64,000 bases of DNA from Rhodospirillales bacterium (lineage in GTDB: Bacteria > Pseudomonadota > Alphaproteobacteria > Acetobacterales > Acetobacteraceae), in assembly GCA_043744375.1 (NCBI GenBank), contig JAYTUU010000052.1, positions 1,450 to 65,449 of the forward strand. The letters are read 5' to 3'. Below the pieces are notes generated by a model. It had not been told where the DNA came from and searched no databases. It worked only from the letters and a program-made list of their open reading frames with translations. This document shows positions 45,901-56,541 of this stretch, one piece after another. Each line of letters starts with the position of its first letter. Position 1 is the first letter of the stretch. The position numbers were made by a program, and so were the translations under genes.

Positions 45901-45970
45901 CCGTCCGATCGTCATCGGCCAGGACCCGGTGCCCGACGCGCCGGCCAAAAAGGGTTGGTGGCGCCGCTGA
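42947..45970 (+). CDS. rne: Ribonuclease E
   Basis: MTKRMLIDATHAEETRVVVLDGNRLEDFDVE, S1 domain GNIYLAKIVRVEPSLQAAFVEYG, catalytic AIDVNSG and LIVIDFIDM, Arg-rich and Pro/Ala/Val-rich C-terminal scaffold. Confidence 0.95.
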   Translation: MTKRMLIDATHAEETRVVVLDGNRLEDFDVETSTKKQLKGNIYLAKIVRVEPSLQAAFVEYGGGRHGFLAFGEIHPDYYQIPVADRQRLLAMQAEEARAEEEAEDEEDRPQYVAAAPASVAADSVETATATAEPVPTEAAQPAAIAHEVTYGEVTAHQVTAHEVTFGELDFDRQDGRETEAATTDVAAPDEAASDDGSDLDAPVAESPAPETLGGESDVFEGNGAEEARQRRASRFLRNYRIQEVINRRQIMLIQVVKEERGTKGAALTTYISLAGRFCVLMPNSPRGGGISRKITSAADRRRLKEITAELEIPNGMGLIVRTAGAARPKPEIRRDCEYLMRLWDDVREHTLQSMAPSLIYEEASLIKRAIRDGYSRDIDEVLVDGEEGWKAAHDFMRMLMPTHARKVVPWRAGGNAGNGQPLFASMGVEAQLDSMLSPSVQLKSGGYLVINQAEALVAIDVNSGRATRERGIEETAVKTNLEAADEVARQLRLRDLAGLIVIDFIDMESKKNNAMVERRLKEALKNDRARIQVGQISHFGLMEMSRQRLRPSLTETNFITCPHCNGLGHVRSVESSAIHVLRGIEEEGAKGRASLVMVYAASAIVMYILNNKRERLAEIEARYAMQVHFSGDDTLVPPAIRIDRLRAQIPESEREIVRPTRVLSGPVAPAAPDMAAPDTDEDDFIEADEEERAPAPAPRAARAAPSAASPAAEAGTAEEEAERGRRRRRRRRGERREAGDAEPAAADGAAIAAGSDADAAALAPADGAEAPPADDAAIDPVTAGIEAELASNTGEPSAAIAAPTPDTVELDENGQPKARRRGRRGGRRRRRDEPGGETEGEAAAEPDTAGASPIDVAPVVPPVFVTPAFVAPAFVAPAYAGPTPANPFADQPFDIFDMIDQAAEKEAAAAAAAIALAAASAAAVRVVVETIVPEPVATEPVAAEPAVVVPAVEPALPVAAVPEVVAPVVVVPEPEPEAPAAAAIRPIVIGQDPVPDAPAKKGWWRR

Positions 45971-45976
45971 AACTCT

Positions 45977-46006
45977 GTCAGGCGGGTCGCCTCTGGCCCG
46001 CCTGAC
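45977..46006 (+). terminator. Hairpin downstream of rne (no clear T tract)
   Basis: GTCAGGCGGG (45977-45986) pairs with CCCGCCTGAC (45997-46006). Confidence 0.4.
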
Positions 46007-46024
46007 GCCTGCCTTGCGTGCTTG

Positions 46025-46246
46025 TCATGCGTTTGGTGCTGTTATCGCAGCCTTGCGGATTTTTACATGATGAGGATCATGTAATCCATGCGCGTCACCC
46101 GCCAGGCCCTCATCGATCATCGGCACGCCGTCTGGTCCGGCGATCGTGGCGGGCCAGTTGCGTGCGGGCAGGCCGAGCATTTGCAGGTCAAGGGCCACGG
46201 CTTCGTCGTGGGCGGCGGCGGCGTTGGCGTTGATGGGCGAACTCAT
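46025..46246 (-). CDS. Possible small hypothetical protein (73 aa)
   Basis: GC3-rich for the first ~50 codons (MSSPINANAAAAHDEAVALDLQMLGLPARNWPATIAGPDGVPMIDEGLAGD...), GAGGAC 8 nt upstream of the ATG. No family recognised; may not be real. Confidence 0.3.
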   Translation of the reverse strand: MSSPINANAAAAHDEAVALDLQMLGLPARNWPATIAGPDGVPMIDEGLAGDAHGLHDPHHVKIRKAAITAPNA

Positions 46247-46383
46247 GCGGCGTGGCGTCCTCGGGCGGCGAATGCGGGCTGCATGCCAGGAGATCGGGAT
46301 GCACGGAAATTTTGCGTTCGCTGTCGGTCCGGTTTATTCCCTGTGTGTTCAGGCAGTCCTGCCGCGCGGAATAGGTTTTGGCG

Positions 46384-47925
46384 ATGATTCTTCGACTGGC
46401 GATTCTCGCAGTCCTGCTGGCCTTCCCGGCTGATGCGCAGACGCCGGCGCCCGCACCGTTGCCCGGACTGCAACAGGCCCGCAACATGCTGGACCGCATG
46501 GTGCGCGTCGTTGGCCGGCAAACCCCCGGTCTTCCTGGCGAAACCGGCTTCGGCCTGATCACCGGCGAGCAGCCAGGGCCGCAAGGCACCACCCTGCTCG
46601 TCATCGTCGTGCCCGACCATCTCGTGCGTGACCCGGCCCGCGCCGACGGCCGGTTCCTGCCACCCGGCGTGCTCTTCCCGGCCGAGCCGGCGCGCGGCGT
46701 GTCTGCCCAGCTTCTTGAGCAGCGTCTGACGCCGGCCGAGGGCGACCTCGCGGTGATCCTGGTGACCAAGCCGACCAGTCTGCGCTACCGCGCCCTGACG
46801 GCGGCGAACACCACGCTGCTGATCGCCGGCACGCCGGCCTGGCAGTCCGGGCGGGCCAACGAGTTGACCACCAACCCGGTGCCCGGACGCATGGCGCTGC
46901 GCGATCGCGTCGACTTTCTTGACTTTGCAGGCTTCGACAACCGGCCCGCCTCCGCCGGCGCCGCGGTGGTCGGCGATCGCGGACTGATCGGGCTGGTCAC
47001 TGGCCCGAACCAGACCGACCGCCTGCTGACCCGCGTTCTGCCGGTCGAGATGATCTCGGCGCGGATGCGCGCCTGGGGGCTGCCCTGGGACATCGCGGTG
47101 CCCGACGGCGTCGCCCCACCGGCGTCCACCGGCTCGCTCTCGGCGATGACCGGCTCCGGCGCGGCGCCCACCGGGCTGGCGGCCTCCACTGTCCCGACGG
47201 CGCCGAGTGCCATCTCTGCGCCCGCCTCCGGACCCGCGGCCCCGGCCGGGGCGTTCCAACTAGCGCCGCTGAGTATCGTCATGCTGCTGCCGGCCGAAGC
47301 CGCCGCGCGGACAAGCTGGACGCCACCCGATGCCAAGGCCTCACCCTGGGCCGACACGCCGGTGCGCGTGTTCAGCTCCCCCCGCCGCGACGCCCCGCAG
47401 ATCGCCACCTTGCCGCCCGGCCGAACCCTGCCTGCCGACCTGCTAAGCCGCGGCGGCTACGACATTGTGGGCAAGTACGATGGCGGCGCCTGGTTCCTGC
47501 TGGGCACCGGTGGCGAGCCGATCGGCTATGCCGCCGGTGGGGACATCGTCGAGATCTGGCCGATGCAGCAGACGTCCGGATTGGCTGGCGGCAAGGTGAT
47601 CCGCGAATGGAACGCAGCGCCCGGTCAGCTTGGCGTCCTGCGCGACGTCGGCACGGCGTTCGAACTGGAGACCGCGGTCACCTGCAAGGCCGAGCAATGC
47701 GACTCGATCATCATCTACACACCGGTGCCGCCGAACGCGGGCAGCATTGTGCCGGCCTTCCAGGTGCTGCCGCTGAGCGGCTCGTGGAAACGCAACGACG
47801 TGATGGCGGTGCGGATGGCCGTGCCGCGCCGCGTGGTGGAAACGGCGGGCACGAAGCTCTATGCCTGCGTCGGTCGGGAGGGCGATTGCGACCAGCAAAC
47901 CCTGCTGCCGCCGCCCGAGCGCTGA
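46384..47925 (+). CDS. Secreted hypothetical protein, possible trypsin-fold N-terminal domain plus SH3-like C-terminal region
   Basis: Signal peptide [19 protein letters not shown]. Spaced H/D/S-type motifs [37 protein letters not shown]. Pro/Ala/Ser linker, then [23 protein letters not shown]...GAWFLLG. Confidence 0.6.
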   Translation: MILRLAILAVLLAFPADAQTPAPAPLPGLQQARNMLDRMVRVVGRQTPGLPGETGFGLITGEQPGPQGTTLLVIVVPDHLVRDPARADGRFLPPGVLFPAEPARGVSAQLLEQRLTPAEGDLAVILVTKPTSLRYRALTAANTTLLIAGTPAWQSGRANELTTNPVPGRMALRDRVDFLDFAGFDNRPASAGAAVVGDRGLIGLVTGPNQTDRLLTRVLPVEMISARMRAWGLPWDIAVPDGVAPPASTGSLSAMTGSGAAPTGLAASTVPTAPSAISAPASGPAAPAGAFQLAPLSIVMLLPAEAAARTSWTPPDAKASPWADTPVRVFSSPRRDAPQIATLPPGRTLPADLLSRGGYDIVGKYDGGAWFLLGTGGEPIGYAAGGDIVEIWPMQQTSGLAGGKVIREWNAAPGQLGVLRDVGTAFELETAVTCKAEQCDSIIIYTPVPPNAGSIVPAFQVLPLSGSWKRNDVMAVRMAVPRRVVETAGTKLYACVGREGDCDQQTLLPPPER

Positions 47926-47995
47926 GGCAAATTGCGGCACGGCCTTGCCTGTACGCGCCGCCGCTTCTAAGAGCGGCCGGCGAGCAGGAGGTCAC

Positions 47996-50047
47996 ATGGC
48001 TGCAATCGACGCGATGAACGCCGAAAACCCCGCCCCGCCGGGGAGCGCACTGGAACGCCAGGCCGCGATCCTCGCGCGCCCGATCACGCCGGAGCGCCGC
48101 ATGGCCGACGCGATCCGCGCGCTGGCGATCGATGGCGTCGAGGCGGCGAAATCTGGCCATCCTGGCATGCCCATGGGCATTGCGGACGCCGCCACCGTGC
48201 TGTGGGCCCGTTTCCTCAAATTCGACGCCGCCGACCCGCACTGGCACGACCGCGACCGCTTCGTGCTGTCGGCCGGCCACGGCTCGATGCTGCTCTACGC
48301 CCTGCTCCACCTCACCGGACAGGCCGGCATGGGCATCGAGCAGCTGAAGAATTTCCGCCAGTTGCACTCACCCGCCGCGGGGCATCCTGAATTCGGCGAG
48401 CATCCGGGCATCGAGACGACCACAGGCCCGCTCGGCCAGGGCTTCGCCACTGCCGTCGGCATGGCGCTTGCCGAGCGGCTGCTGGCGGCGCGCTTCGGCA
48501 AGAGTCTGGTCGATCACCGTACCTGGGTGATCGCGTCGGACGGCGATCTGATGGAAGGCGTCAGCCACGAGGCGGCCAGTCTCGCCGGGCATCTGAAGCT
48601 CGAACGCCTGACCGTTCTGTGGGACGACAATTCGATATCGATCGACGGCGACACCGCGCTGTCGACCAACGACGACCAGTTGAAGCGCTTCGCCGCCTAT
48701 GGCTGGGCGGTCAAGCGCGTCGATGGGCACGACCCGGCGCAGCTCGCCGCCGCCCTATCGATGGCAGTCCGCTCGAAGAAGCCGACGCTGATCGCCTGCC
48801 GCACCATCATCGGCTTCGGCGCGCCCACCAAGGCGGGCACCGCCGGTAGCCACGGCGCGCCCCTGGGTGCGGCCGAAGCGCAGGCGGCGAAGGCCGCACT
48901 GGGCTGGAACCACGGCCCGTTCGAGGTGCCCGAGGGCATTGCCGCCCAATGGCACGCCGCCGGCGCGCGCGGCGCGACACCGCGGCGCTCCTGGCTCAAG
49001 CGCCTCGCGCATAACCCGCAGAAGGCCGAGTTCGAACGCGTCATGGCTGGCAAGCTGCCGGAAAGCTTCCACGAGGCGGTGGCCGCCTTCCGCGCCGAAC
49101 TCGCGACCACCCGGCCCAAGCTCGCCTCGCGCCAGGCGAGCCAAAAGGCGCTCGACGTGCTGGTCCCCGCGGTGCCCGAACTGATCGGCGGCTCGGCTGA
49201 TCTGACCGGCTCGAACCTCACCTTCGTCAAGGGCATGGGCTTGGTCGGCCCCGGCAATTTCGCCGGCCGCTACATCCATTGGGGCGTACGCGAGCACGGC
49301 ATGGCCGCCGCCATGAACGGCATGGCGCTGCATGGCGGCGTGATCCCCTATTCCGGCACGTTCTTCGTCTTCACCGACTACATGCGCCCGGCCATTCGCC
49401 TCGCCGCCCTGATGCGCCAGCGGGCCATCCACGTGCTCACCCATGACAGCATCGGCCTCGGCGAGGACGGCCCGACCCATCAGCCGGTCGAGCATCTCGC
49501 CAGCCTGCGCGCGATGCCCAACGTGTTCATGTTCCGCCCCGCCGACGCGATGGAAACCGCAGAATGCTGGGAACTGGCGATCCGCCGCGCTGACGGGCCG
49601 AGCCTGCTCGCGCTGTCTCGGCAGGCGCTGCCGTCTTTGCGCGCCGATGCCGGAGAAAACCGCTCGGCGCGCGGCGGCTACGTCATCGCCGAGGCCGACG
49701 GCGCCCGCCAGGCGACGCTGATTGCCACCGGCAGCGAGGTTGCCATCGCCATGGCCGCGCGTGAGGCGCTGGGGGCCGAGGGCATCCAGACGGCCGTCGT
49801 GTCGCTCCCCTGCTGGGAGCTGTTCGCGCTCCAGGACGAGACCTACCGTGCCGGCGTGCTCGGCGATGTGCTGCGCGTCGGCGTCGAGGCTGCCAGCGGA
49901 TTCGGCTGGGAACGCTGGCTCGGCTCCGATGGTATCTTCATCGGCATGACCGGCTACGGAGCGTCCGCGCCGTTCGAGGACTTGTACAAATATTTCGGCA
50001 TCACCGCCGATGCTATTGCCGCTTCGGTCAAGCGCCGGCTCGGCTAG
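47996..50047 (+). CDS. tkt: Transketolase
   Basis: [45 protein letters not shown]; ATG 47996 after AGGAGG. The track ORF starts 45 codons early. Confidence 0.96.
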   Translation: MAAIDAMNAENPAPPGSALERQAAILARPITPERRMADAIRALAIDGVEAAKSGHPGMPMGIADAATVLWARFLKFDAADPHWHDRDRFVLSAGHGSMLLYALLHLTGQAGMGIEQLKNFRQLHSPAAGHPEFGEHPGIETTTGPLGQGFATAVGMALAERLLAARFGKSLVDHRTWVIASDGDLMEGVSHEAASLAGHLKLERLTVLWDDNSISIDGDTALSTNDDQLKRFAAYGWAVKRVDGHDPAQLAAALSMAVRSKKPTLIACRTIIGFGAPTKAGTAGSHGAPLGAAEAQAAKAALGWNHGPFEVPEGIAAQWHAAGARGATPRRSWLKRLAHNPQKAEFERVMAGKLPESFHEAVAAFRAELATTRPKLASRQASQKALDVLVPAVPELIGGSADLTGSNLTFVKGMGLVGPGNFAGRYIHWGVREHGMAAAMNGMALHGGVIPYSGTFFVFTDYMRPAIRLAALMRQRAIHVLTHDSIGLGEDGPTHQPVEHLASLRAMPNVFMFRPADAMETAECWELAIRRADGPSLLALSRQALPSLRADAGENRSARGGYVIAEADGARQATLIATGSEVAIAMAAREALGAEGIQTAVVSLPCWELFALQDETYRAGVLGDVLRVGVEAASGFGWERWLGSDGIFIGMTGYGASAPFEDLYKYFGITADAIAASVKRRLG

Positions 50048-50072
50048 GCCCACCCCAGAAGGAGAAACGCAC

Positions 50073-51089
50073 ATGGCCGTCAAGGTCGCCATCAACGGCT
50101 TCGGGCGCATCGGTCGCCTGGTTCTGCGTGCCATCGTCGAGAGCGGCCGCACCGACGTGGTGCCGGTCGCCATCAACGACCTCGGCAGCGTCGAGGCGAA
50201 CGCCCATCTGTTCCGCTACGACAGCGTACATGGTCGCTTCCCCGGCGAGGTGCATGTCGATGGGCAGACCATCACCATCACCTATAATGGCCGCACCTAC
50301 GGCCCCATCACCGTCTCCGCCGAGCGCGACCCGACCAAGGTGCCCTACCAGGGCGTCGACGTGGCGATGGAATGCACCGGCATTTTCGCCAGCAAGGAGA
50401 AGGCCTCCGCCCTTCTCCAGGCCGGCGCCCGCAAGGTGCTGATCTCCGCTCCCGGCGACAACGTGGATGCGACCATCGTCTATGGCGTGAACCACCAGAC
50501 GCTGACCAAGGACATGACGGTCATCTCGAATGCGTCCTGCACCACCAACTGCCTGGCCCCGGTGGTCAAGGTGCTGCATGACCATTTCGGCGTCCTGCGT
50601 GGCTACATGCTCACCATTCACGCCTATACCGGCGACCAGAACACGGTGGATACCCTGCACAAGGACCTCCATCGCGCCCGCGCGGCGGCGGTTTCGGCGA
50701 TCCCGACCTCGACCGGCGCGGCGAAGGCGATCGGCCTGGTGATGCCGGAACTGATGGGCAAGCTCGACGGCAGCTCGATCCGTATCCCGACGCCCAACGT
50801 CTCGCTGGTCTCGCTCGACGTGAACCTCGCCAAGCCGGCGACCAAGGACGAGATCAACGCGGTGATGAAGGCCGCCTCCGAGGCCGGCCCGCTCAAGGGC
50901 ATCCTCGGCTACAACACCGCTCCCCTGGTCTCGATCGACTTCAATCACAACCCGGCCTCCTCGACCTTCGATGCGACGCAGACCGCGGTGGTCGATGGCC
51001 AGCTTGCCCGGGTGATGACCTGGTACGACAACGAGTGGGGCTTCTCCAACCGCATGTCGGATACGGCGGCCCTGTTCGGCAGCCTCTGA
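50073..51089 (+). CDS. gap: Glyceraldehyde-3-phosphate dehydrogenase
   Basis: [15 protein letters not shown] and [12 protein letters not shown] motifs; GGAGAA upstream. Confidence 0.97.
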   Translation: MAVKVAINGFGRIGRLVLRAIVESGRTDVVPVAINDLGSVEANAHLFRYDSVHGRFPGEVHVDGQTITITYNGRTYGPITVSAERDPTKVPYQGVDVAMECTGIFASKEKASALLQAGARKVLISAPGDNVDATIVYGVNHQTLTKDMTVISNASCTTNCLAPVVKVLHDHFGVLRGYMLTIHAYTGDQNTVDTLHKDLHRARAAAVSAIPTSTGAAKAIGLVMPELMGKLDGSSIRIPTPNVSLVSLDVNLAKPATKDEINAVMKAASEAGPLKGILGYNTAPLVSIDFNHNPASSTFDATQTAVVDGQLARVMTWYDNEWGFSNRMSDTAALFGSL

Positions 51090-51091
51090 GC

Positions 51092-52282
51092 ATGGCGTTC
51101 CGCACGCTTGACGGGCTCGCCGTCGCGGGCAGGCGGGTGCTTGTTCGCGCCGATCTCAACGTGCCTGTGCGTGACGGCAGGATCTCCGACCTGACGCGGA
51201 TCGAGCGGCTCTCGCCGACGATCCGCGAACTGGCGCGGAAGGGGGCGCGGGTGATCGTGTGCTCCCATTTCGACCGTCCGAAGGGCAAGCCGGTGCCGGA
51301 GATGTCGCTGGCGCCGATGGCGGCGGCCCTCGGCGAAGTGCTCGGCAAACCCGTGCATTTCGCCACCGATAGCGTCGGCCCGGCGGCGCATCAGGTGATC
51401 GCGGCACTTGGCGATGGCGACGTGGCGGTGCTGGAGAACACACGATTCCAGCCGGGCGAGGAGAAGAACGATCCGGCCTTTGCCGCTCAGCTTGCCGAAC
51501 TCGCGGATATTTTTGTCAATGACGCGTTCTCCGCCGCCCACCGTGCGCATGCCTCCACGGAGGGGGTCGCGCATCTGCTGCCCTCGTATGCCGGGCGTTT
51601 GATGCAGGCGGAGTTGGAGGCGCTGGGCGCCGCGCTCGATCACCCCGAGCGTCCGGTCATGGCGGTGGTTGGCGGGTCAAAAGTGTCGACCAAGCTGGAA
51701 CTGCTGGGCAACCTCGTCGGCCGCGTGCAGGTGCTCGTCATCGGCGGTGCAATGGCCAACACGTTCCTCTCGGCACAGGGCGTCGGCGTCGGCAAGTCAT
51801 TGCAGGAAGCCGAGATGCACGGGCTGGCACTCGATATCCTCGCCAAGGCGCAGGCTGCGGGCTGCACCATCCTGCTGCCGGTCGATGGCGTGACGGCGAC
51901 TGAGTTCCGCGCCAATCCGCCGGTTGCCATCGTGCCGATCGACGCCGTTCCGGCCGATGCGATGATCCTGGACGTGGGCCCGGCGACGGTGGCCGTGCTG
52001 CTGGGCAACCTCGAAAACATGAAAACGCTGGTGTGGAACGGTCCACTCGGCGCCTTCGAAACGCCGCCCTTCGATGCCGCGACCATGGCGCTGGCGCATA
52101 AGGTGGCCGATGCAACCACGACGGGCAAGCTGCGCAGCGTGGCCGGTGGCGGCGACACCGTCTCGGCGCTGCGCCAGGCCGGGGTGATGGCGCAGATGAG
52201 CTACGTCTCGACGGCCGGCGGGGCTTTCCTCGAGTGGCTCGAGGGCAAGACGCTGCCCGGGGTGGCCGCGCTGACGGGCTGA
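51092..52282 (+). CDS. pgk: Phosphoglycerate kinase
   Basis: [48 protein letters not shown]. Confidence 0.97.
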   Translation: MAFRTLDGLAVAGRRVLVRADLNVPVRDGRISDLTRIERLSPTIRELARKGARVIVCSHFDRPKGKPVPEMSLAPMAAALGEVLGKPVHFATDSVGPAAHQVIAALGDGDVAVLENTRFQPGEEKNDPAFAAQLAELADIFVNDAFSAAHRAHASTEGVAHLLPSYAGRLMQAELEALGAALDHPERPVMAVVGGSKVSTKLELLGNLVGRVQVLVIGGAMANTFLSAQGVGVGKSLQEAEMHGLALDILAKAQAAGCTILLPVDGVTATEFRANPPVAIVPIDAVPADAMILDVGPATVAVLLGNLENMKTLVWNGPLGAFETPPFDAATMALAHKVADATTTGKLRSVAGGGDTVSALRQAGVMAQMSYVSTAGGAFLEWLEGKTLPGVAALTG

Positions 52283-52370
52283 TTTCGCTAATCATAAGTT
52301 AATAAATTATAGACAAAGGGTTAAAATAGACGCAGCATCCGGTCCGTCACCGTTAACGGTCCATTCATCC

Positions 52371-52613
52371 ATGCGTCGTAACCTGCTCTACATGATCTCC
52401 CCCACCTCCCTCTCCGCCTTTTCTACGAGCGTGACCAACGGCGCCGTGATGCCGGGCGCGGGAGTCGACCGGGCTTCCGGTGTCAGCAAGGCGCGGGTGT
52501 CGCCGCAAGCCGGTTCGGCCCCGGGCGCTACCACCAGCCCGACGCCGTTGCCGCAGGGACTGCCGCCTGGCCAGCGTCTGCCACGGGGATCGCTGCTCAA
52601 CCTCTCCGTGTGA
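52371..52613 (+). CDS. Hypothetical small, low-complexity protein (80 aa)
   Basis: GC3-rich: MRRNLLYMISPTSLSAFSTSVTNGAVMPGAGVDRASGVS...PRGSLLNLSV. No family recognised. Confidence 0.35.
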   Translation: MRRNLLYMISPTSLSAFSTSVTNGAVMPGAGVDRASGVSKARVSPQAGSAPGATTSPTPLPQGLPPGQRLPRGSLLNLSV

Positions 52614-52689
52614 CATCCGCGCCGTGATCGGCGGCCCCGAATAAACGTTGATGTGGAAATGCGCTGCCATCTGAGATAGAAGCGTAGGC

Positions 52690-53058
52690 ATGAAGTGCAC
52701 CTTCATGCTTGCTGGGCTATTGCTGATACTACCGCTCGCTGTGCAGGCGGGAGGCTACACGCGCTTGCAGGGCGATATGCCGCTGGTCGGCACAAACACC
52801 GGCGCGCCCCTGCCGAAGGGCTTCAAGCCGGCGCCGGTGCCCAACCCCGATATTTTCGTCCCGCGTTCCACCCGCGCGCCGGTGCCGGGCGAACCCGAAT
52901 TCTCCGCCGGCCTGACGCAAACCGGACAATCCGTCCGTGTCGATCAGGGCCATGCGCCAGGATCAGGCTTCTCCGAAGATCTGCAACGCCGCAACCGCAC
53001 GACCTTCGGCACCCGGTTCGTGCCCGGCTTCGCACTCACGGTACCGCTGGAGAAGTAG
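52690..53058 (+). CDS. Hypothetical secreted protein (122 aa)
   Basis: Signal peptide MKCTFMLAGLLLILPLAVQA. No family recognised. Confidence 0.5.
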   Translation: MKCTFMLAGLLLILPLAVQAGGYTRLQGDMPLVGTNTGAPLPKGFKPAPVPNPDIFVPRSTRAPVPGEPEFSAGLTQTGQSVRVDQGHAPGSGFSEDLQRRNRTTFGTRFVPGFALTVPLEK

Positions 53059-53065
53059 CGCCGAC

Positions 53066-53986
53066 CTAGGCCCCAACCAACCCACGGGCGAACTCGTCGG
53101 GATCGAACGGCCTGAGATCGCCGGCCTGTTCGCCAACACCGACCGCATGCACGGGAAGCCCAAACGCCTCCGCCAGCGCCACCACGATGCCGCCGCGGGC
53201 GCTGCCGTCGAGCTTTGTCACCACCAGGCCGGTCACCTCGACCATCTCCTTGAACACGCTGACCTGCTGCACGGCGTTCTGACCGGTGGTCGCGTCGAGC
53301 ACGAGCAGGACGGAATGCGGCGCGGTCGGATCCTGCTTTTTCAGCACGCGGATGATTTTCCGCAGTTCTTCCATCAGCGCGGCCTTGTTGTGCAACCGGC
53401 CGGCGGTGTCGATCAGCAGCACGTCGGACCCGGCGGCGCGCGCCTTGGTCACCGCGTCGAAGGCGAGGCCGGCGGCGTCGGAATTGGCGGGTGCGGAGAT
53501 GACGGGCGCGCCGGTGCGTTGGCCCCATATCTGTAGCTGCTCAACGGCCGCGGCGCGGAACGTATCGCCGGCCACCATCATGGCGGTGATGTTCCGCTCG
53601 CCATAGCTCTGCGCAAGCTTGCCGATGGTGGTGGTCTTGCCGGTGCCGTTCACGCCGACGACGAGCACGACATGCGGCTTGCGGGCACGGTCGATGATCA
53701 GCGGTTGGGCGACCGGGCGCAGGATGGCGGCGATCTCCTCGGCCAGCGCCTGCTTGACCTCGTCATCGGTCACCTCTTTGTCGAAGCGCGTGCGGCGAAA
53801 GCTGGCAATGATCCTGGCGGCGACGGCGGTGCCGAGATCGGCGGATATCAGCAGGTTTTCGAGGTCGTCCAGCGCCGCGTCATCCAGCTTGCGGCGGGTG
53901 AACACGGCGGTGATGCCGTTCGTGAGCTTTTCGGTCGAGCGTGCCAGGCCCTGCTTGAGCCGGGAGAAAAAACTGCCCAACGCCAT
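53066..53986 (-). CDS. ftsY: Signal recognition particle receptor FtsY
   Basis: VVGVNGTGKTTTIGKL, DTAGRLHNK, TKLDGSARGG motifs. Confidence 0.95.
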   Translation of the reverse strand: MALGSFFSRLKQGLARSTEKLTNGITAVFTRRKLDDAALDDLENLLISADLGTAVAARIIASFRRTRFDKEVTDDEVKQALAEEIAAILRPVAQPLIIDRARKPHVVLVVGVNGTGKTTTIGKLAQSYGERNITAMMVAGDTFRAAAVEQLQIWGQRTGAPVISAPANSDAAGLAFDAVTKARAAGSDVLLIDTAGRLHNKAALMEELRKIIRVLKKQDPTAPHSVLLVLDATTGQNAVQQVSVFKEMVEVTGLVVTKLDGSARGGIVVALAEAFGLPVHAVGVGEQAGDLRPFDPDEFARGLVGA

Positions 53987-55206
53987 CAGAGCAGCACTCC
54001 GGTCAGGCCGGACGCGTCGGCACCGGTGATGCGCGCGCGCAGCAGGGCGCCGGGGGTGGCGACGATGCGGACGGGGGCGAAATGCTCGGTGTGCCCCCCG
54101 CCGTCGGTTTCGGCGAGAACGGCGGCATCGCGGCCGATCTGGGCCGTATAGAAACGCTGCGCCGCGGCAGCGCCGGTGTCGCGCAATCGGGCCGCGCGCT
54201 CCTTGCGAACTGGCTTGGGCACGGCCGGCATGCGCGCCGCCGGAGTGCCCGGGCGCTCGCTATAGGGAAATACGTGCACGAACGGGATGTCGGCCGCCGT
54301 GATGAAGTCCAGCGTCTCGGTGAACAGGGCGTCGGTTTCGGTGGGGAAGCCGGCGATCAGGTCGGCGCCGATGGCGATGCCCGGCCGCAGATCGCGGGCG
54401 CGGCGGATGACGGCGGCGGCGTCGGCGGCGAGGTGGCGGCGCTTCATCCGCTTGAGGATCATGTCGGAGCCGGCCTGCAACGAGAGATGCAGATGCGGCA
54501 TCAGGCGCGGTTCATTGCCGATCAGCCGCCACAGATCGTCGTCGATCTCGACGGGGTCGAGCGAGGACAGCCGTAGCCGCGGCAACGCGGGCACCAGCGC
54601 CAGCAGCCGGCGGATCATGGCGCCGAGCGTCGGCGCGCCGGGAAGATCGGGGCCGAAGCTGGTCAGATCGACGCCGGTGAGGACCACTTCGCGAAAACCG
54701 GCTTCGACGAGGGTGCGGACCTGGTCGACGATGGCGCCGATCGGAACGGAGCGGCTGGGGCCACGGCCGAACGGGATGATGCAGAAGGTGCAGCGGTGGT
54801 CGCAACCCTGCTGGACCTGCACGAAGGCGCGCGCGCGGCCGGCAAAATCGGTGACCAGATGCCCTGCGGTCTCGCGGATCGTCATGATGTCCGCGACGGC
54901 AGAGCCGGCATCCGTCCGCCAGCTTTCCGGTTGCAGTTTTTCGATGTTTCCCAGCACGCGCGTCACGCCGGGGAGGGCTGCCCAGGAGTCGGGGGAAATC
55001 TGCGCCGCACATCCGGTAACGACGATTTTCGCCTCGGGCCGTTCGCGATGCAGGCGGCGGATGGCCTGGCGCGCCTGCCGCTCGGCCTCGCCGGTGACGG
55101 CGCAGGTGTTGACGATGACGGTATCGGTCAGGTCAGCGGCATGGCCGCGCATGACCTCGCTCTCATAGGCGTTCAGCCGGCAGCCGAAGGTCAGGATGTC
55201 CGTCAT
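53986..55206 (-). CDS. mtaB: Radical-SAM methylthiotransferase, MtaB type
   Basis: [25 protein letters not shown], radical [14 protein letters not shown]. Conserved dapF-mtaB-ftsY arrangement. Confidence 0.85.
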   Translation of the reverse strand: MTDILTFGCRLNAYESEVMRGHAADLTDTVIVNTCAVTGEAERQARQAIRRLHRERPEAKIVVTGCAAQISPDSWAALPGVTRVLGNIEKLQPESWRTDAGSAVADIMTIRETAGHLVTDFAGRARAFVQVQQGCDHRCTFCIIPFGRGPSRSVPIGAIVDQVRTLVEAGFREVVLTGVDLTSFGPDLPGAPTLGAMIRRLLALVPALPRLRLSSLDPVEIDDDLWRLIGNEPRLMPHLHLSLQAGSDMILKRMKRRHLAADAAAVIRRARDLRPGIAIGADLIAGFPTETDALFTETLDFITAADIPFVHVFPYSERPGTPAARMPAVPKPVRKERAARLRDTGAAAAQRFYTAQIGRDAAVLAETDGGGHTEHFAPVRIVATPGALLRARITGADASGLTGVLL

Positions 55207-56039
55207 GCCGGGTAGCCGGTCAGGTCGATGGTGCCGTGGAAGGCGGTTGCGACGGGGCCGGTCATCAGCACATGGCCGTCATCGCGCCATTCGAGTTCGA
55301 GTTCGCCGCCGTCGGCGATGATGGTCGCGCGCCGCCCGGTCAGGCCACGGCGGGCGGCGTTGACCAGCGTGGCGCAGGCGCCGGAACCGCAGGCGCGGGT
55401 GAGGCCGGCGCCGCGCTCCCACACGCGCAGGCGGATGCGGTCGGGCGCGAGAATGGTCGCGAAGCCGATATTGGCGCGCTCGGGGAAGAGGGCCGCGTGC
55501 TCCAGGATCGGGCCAAGTGTTTCGACCGCGAGGGTGTCGACATCGGGGACGAAAAACGTGGCGTGCGGATTGCCCATCGAGGCGGCGGCGGGGTCGGACA
55601 CCGGGCCCTCGGCGAGATCGAGATGCAGCGTGTCCATGGGCCGCGCCAAAGGAACGTCCTGCCAGCCCAGCCGGACCGGCCCCATGTCCACGGTGACGCG
55701 GCCATCGGCGAGGAGTGTGGCGGGGAGATGGCCGGAAATCGTCTGGATGACGAGATCGCGCCGGCCCGTCTCGGCGCCGAGCAGGTGGGCGATGCAGCGG
55801 GTGGCGTTGCCGCAGGCCCCGGCCTCGCCGCCGTCGGGGTTGCGAATGCGCATGAAGACATCGGCGTTGCTGCCGGGGGGTGGCGGTTCGATGACGATGA
55901 ACTGGTCGCAGCCGACGCCGGTGCGCCGGTCCGCGATGGCGGCGACGCGGGCCGGGGTCAGCCCAAGCGTGCGGGGACGTTCGTCGAACACGACGAAATC
56001 ATTGCCGCAGCCGTGCATCTTGAGGAAGGTGGCGTTCAT
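55203..56039 (-). CDS. dapF: Diaminopimelate epimerase
   Basis: [39 protein letters not shown]. Confidence 0.95.
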   Translation of the reverse strand: MNATFLKMHGCGNDFVVFDERPRTLGLTPARVAAIADRRTGVGCDQFIVIEPPPPGSNADVFMRIRNPDGGEAGACGNATRCIAHLLGAETGRRDLVIQTISGHLPATLLADGRVTVDMGPVRLGWQDVPLARPMDTLHLDLAEGPVSDPAAASMGNPHATFFVPDVDTLAVETLGPILEHAALFPERANIGFATILAPDRIRLRVWERGAGLTRACGSGACATLVNAARRGLTGRRATIIADGGELELEWRDDGHVLMTGPVATAFHGTIDLTGYPA

Positions 56040-56090
56040 CCGGTGGTTATATGGGAGGCGACGGCGCGAACAAAGGCCGCGTTGCGCGGG

Positions 56091-56519
56091 TCAGCGTTCG
56101 ATCGCCGAGAGGGTTACGCTGAGCGTGCTCTGCCCCGGCCCGACCAGGGTGCCGGTGAGGCTCAGCACGCGCTCCGGCGCGCGCATCGTGCCGGCGAGAC
56201 CGAGCGATTCCGCAGGATTGACCATGGTCAGCGGCAGAAGCGGGTCGCGTCCCAGCGGCGTAAGCCCCGCCGATCCCGGGCCAAGGCGCAGGCCGCCCGC
56301 CGGTTGCGCCGGACGGGTGCCGCCGGAGACATAGAGTTGCCCATAGCGATTGGCGGGGTCGAGCAGCGCGATGGCGCCCGGCTTGTCCGCCAGTGCCGTT
56401 GAACCCAAAGCCGGCGCACGCGGCGTCACCGCGATGCAGCAATCCGACCGCATTGCCTGGGCATGCGCGCCGGACATGGCCGTCAGCAGCGCCACGGAGC
56501 AGAGGATCAAGTATCGCAT
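56091..56519 (-). CDS. Hypothetical secreted protein (142 aa)
   Basis: MRYLILCSVALLTAMSGAHAQA signal peptide. ATG 56519, 22 nt after the oxidoreductase stop. The rest of the 248-aa track ORF is junk. Confidence 0.5.
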   Translation of the reverse strand: MRYLILCSVALLTAMSGAHAQAMRSDCCIAVTPRAPALGSTALADKPGAIALLDPANRYGQLYVSGGTRPAQPAGGLRLGPGSAGLTPLGRDPLLPLTMVNPAESLGLAGTMRAPERVLSLTGTLVGPGQSTLSVTLSAIER

Positions 56520-56541
56520 ACCAAGTGTCCCCTCGCGGTTT

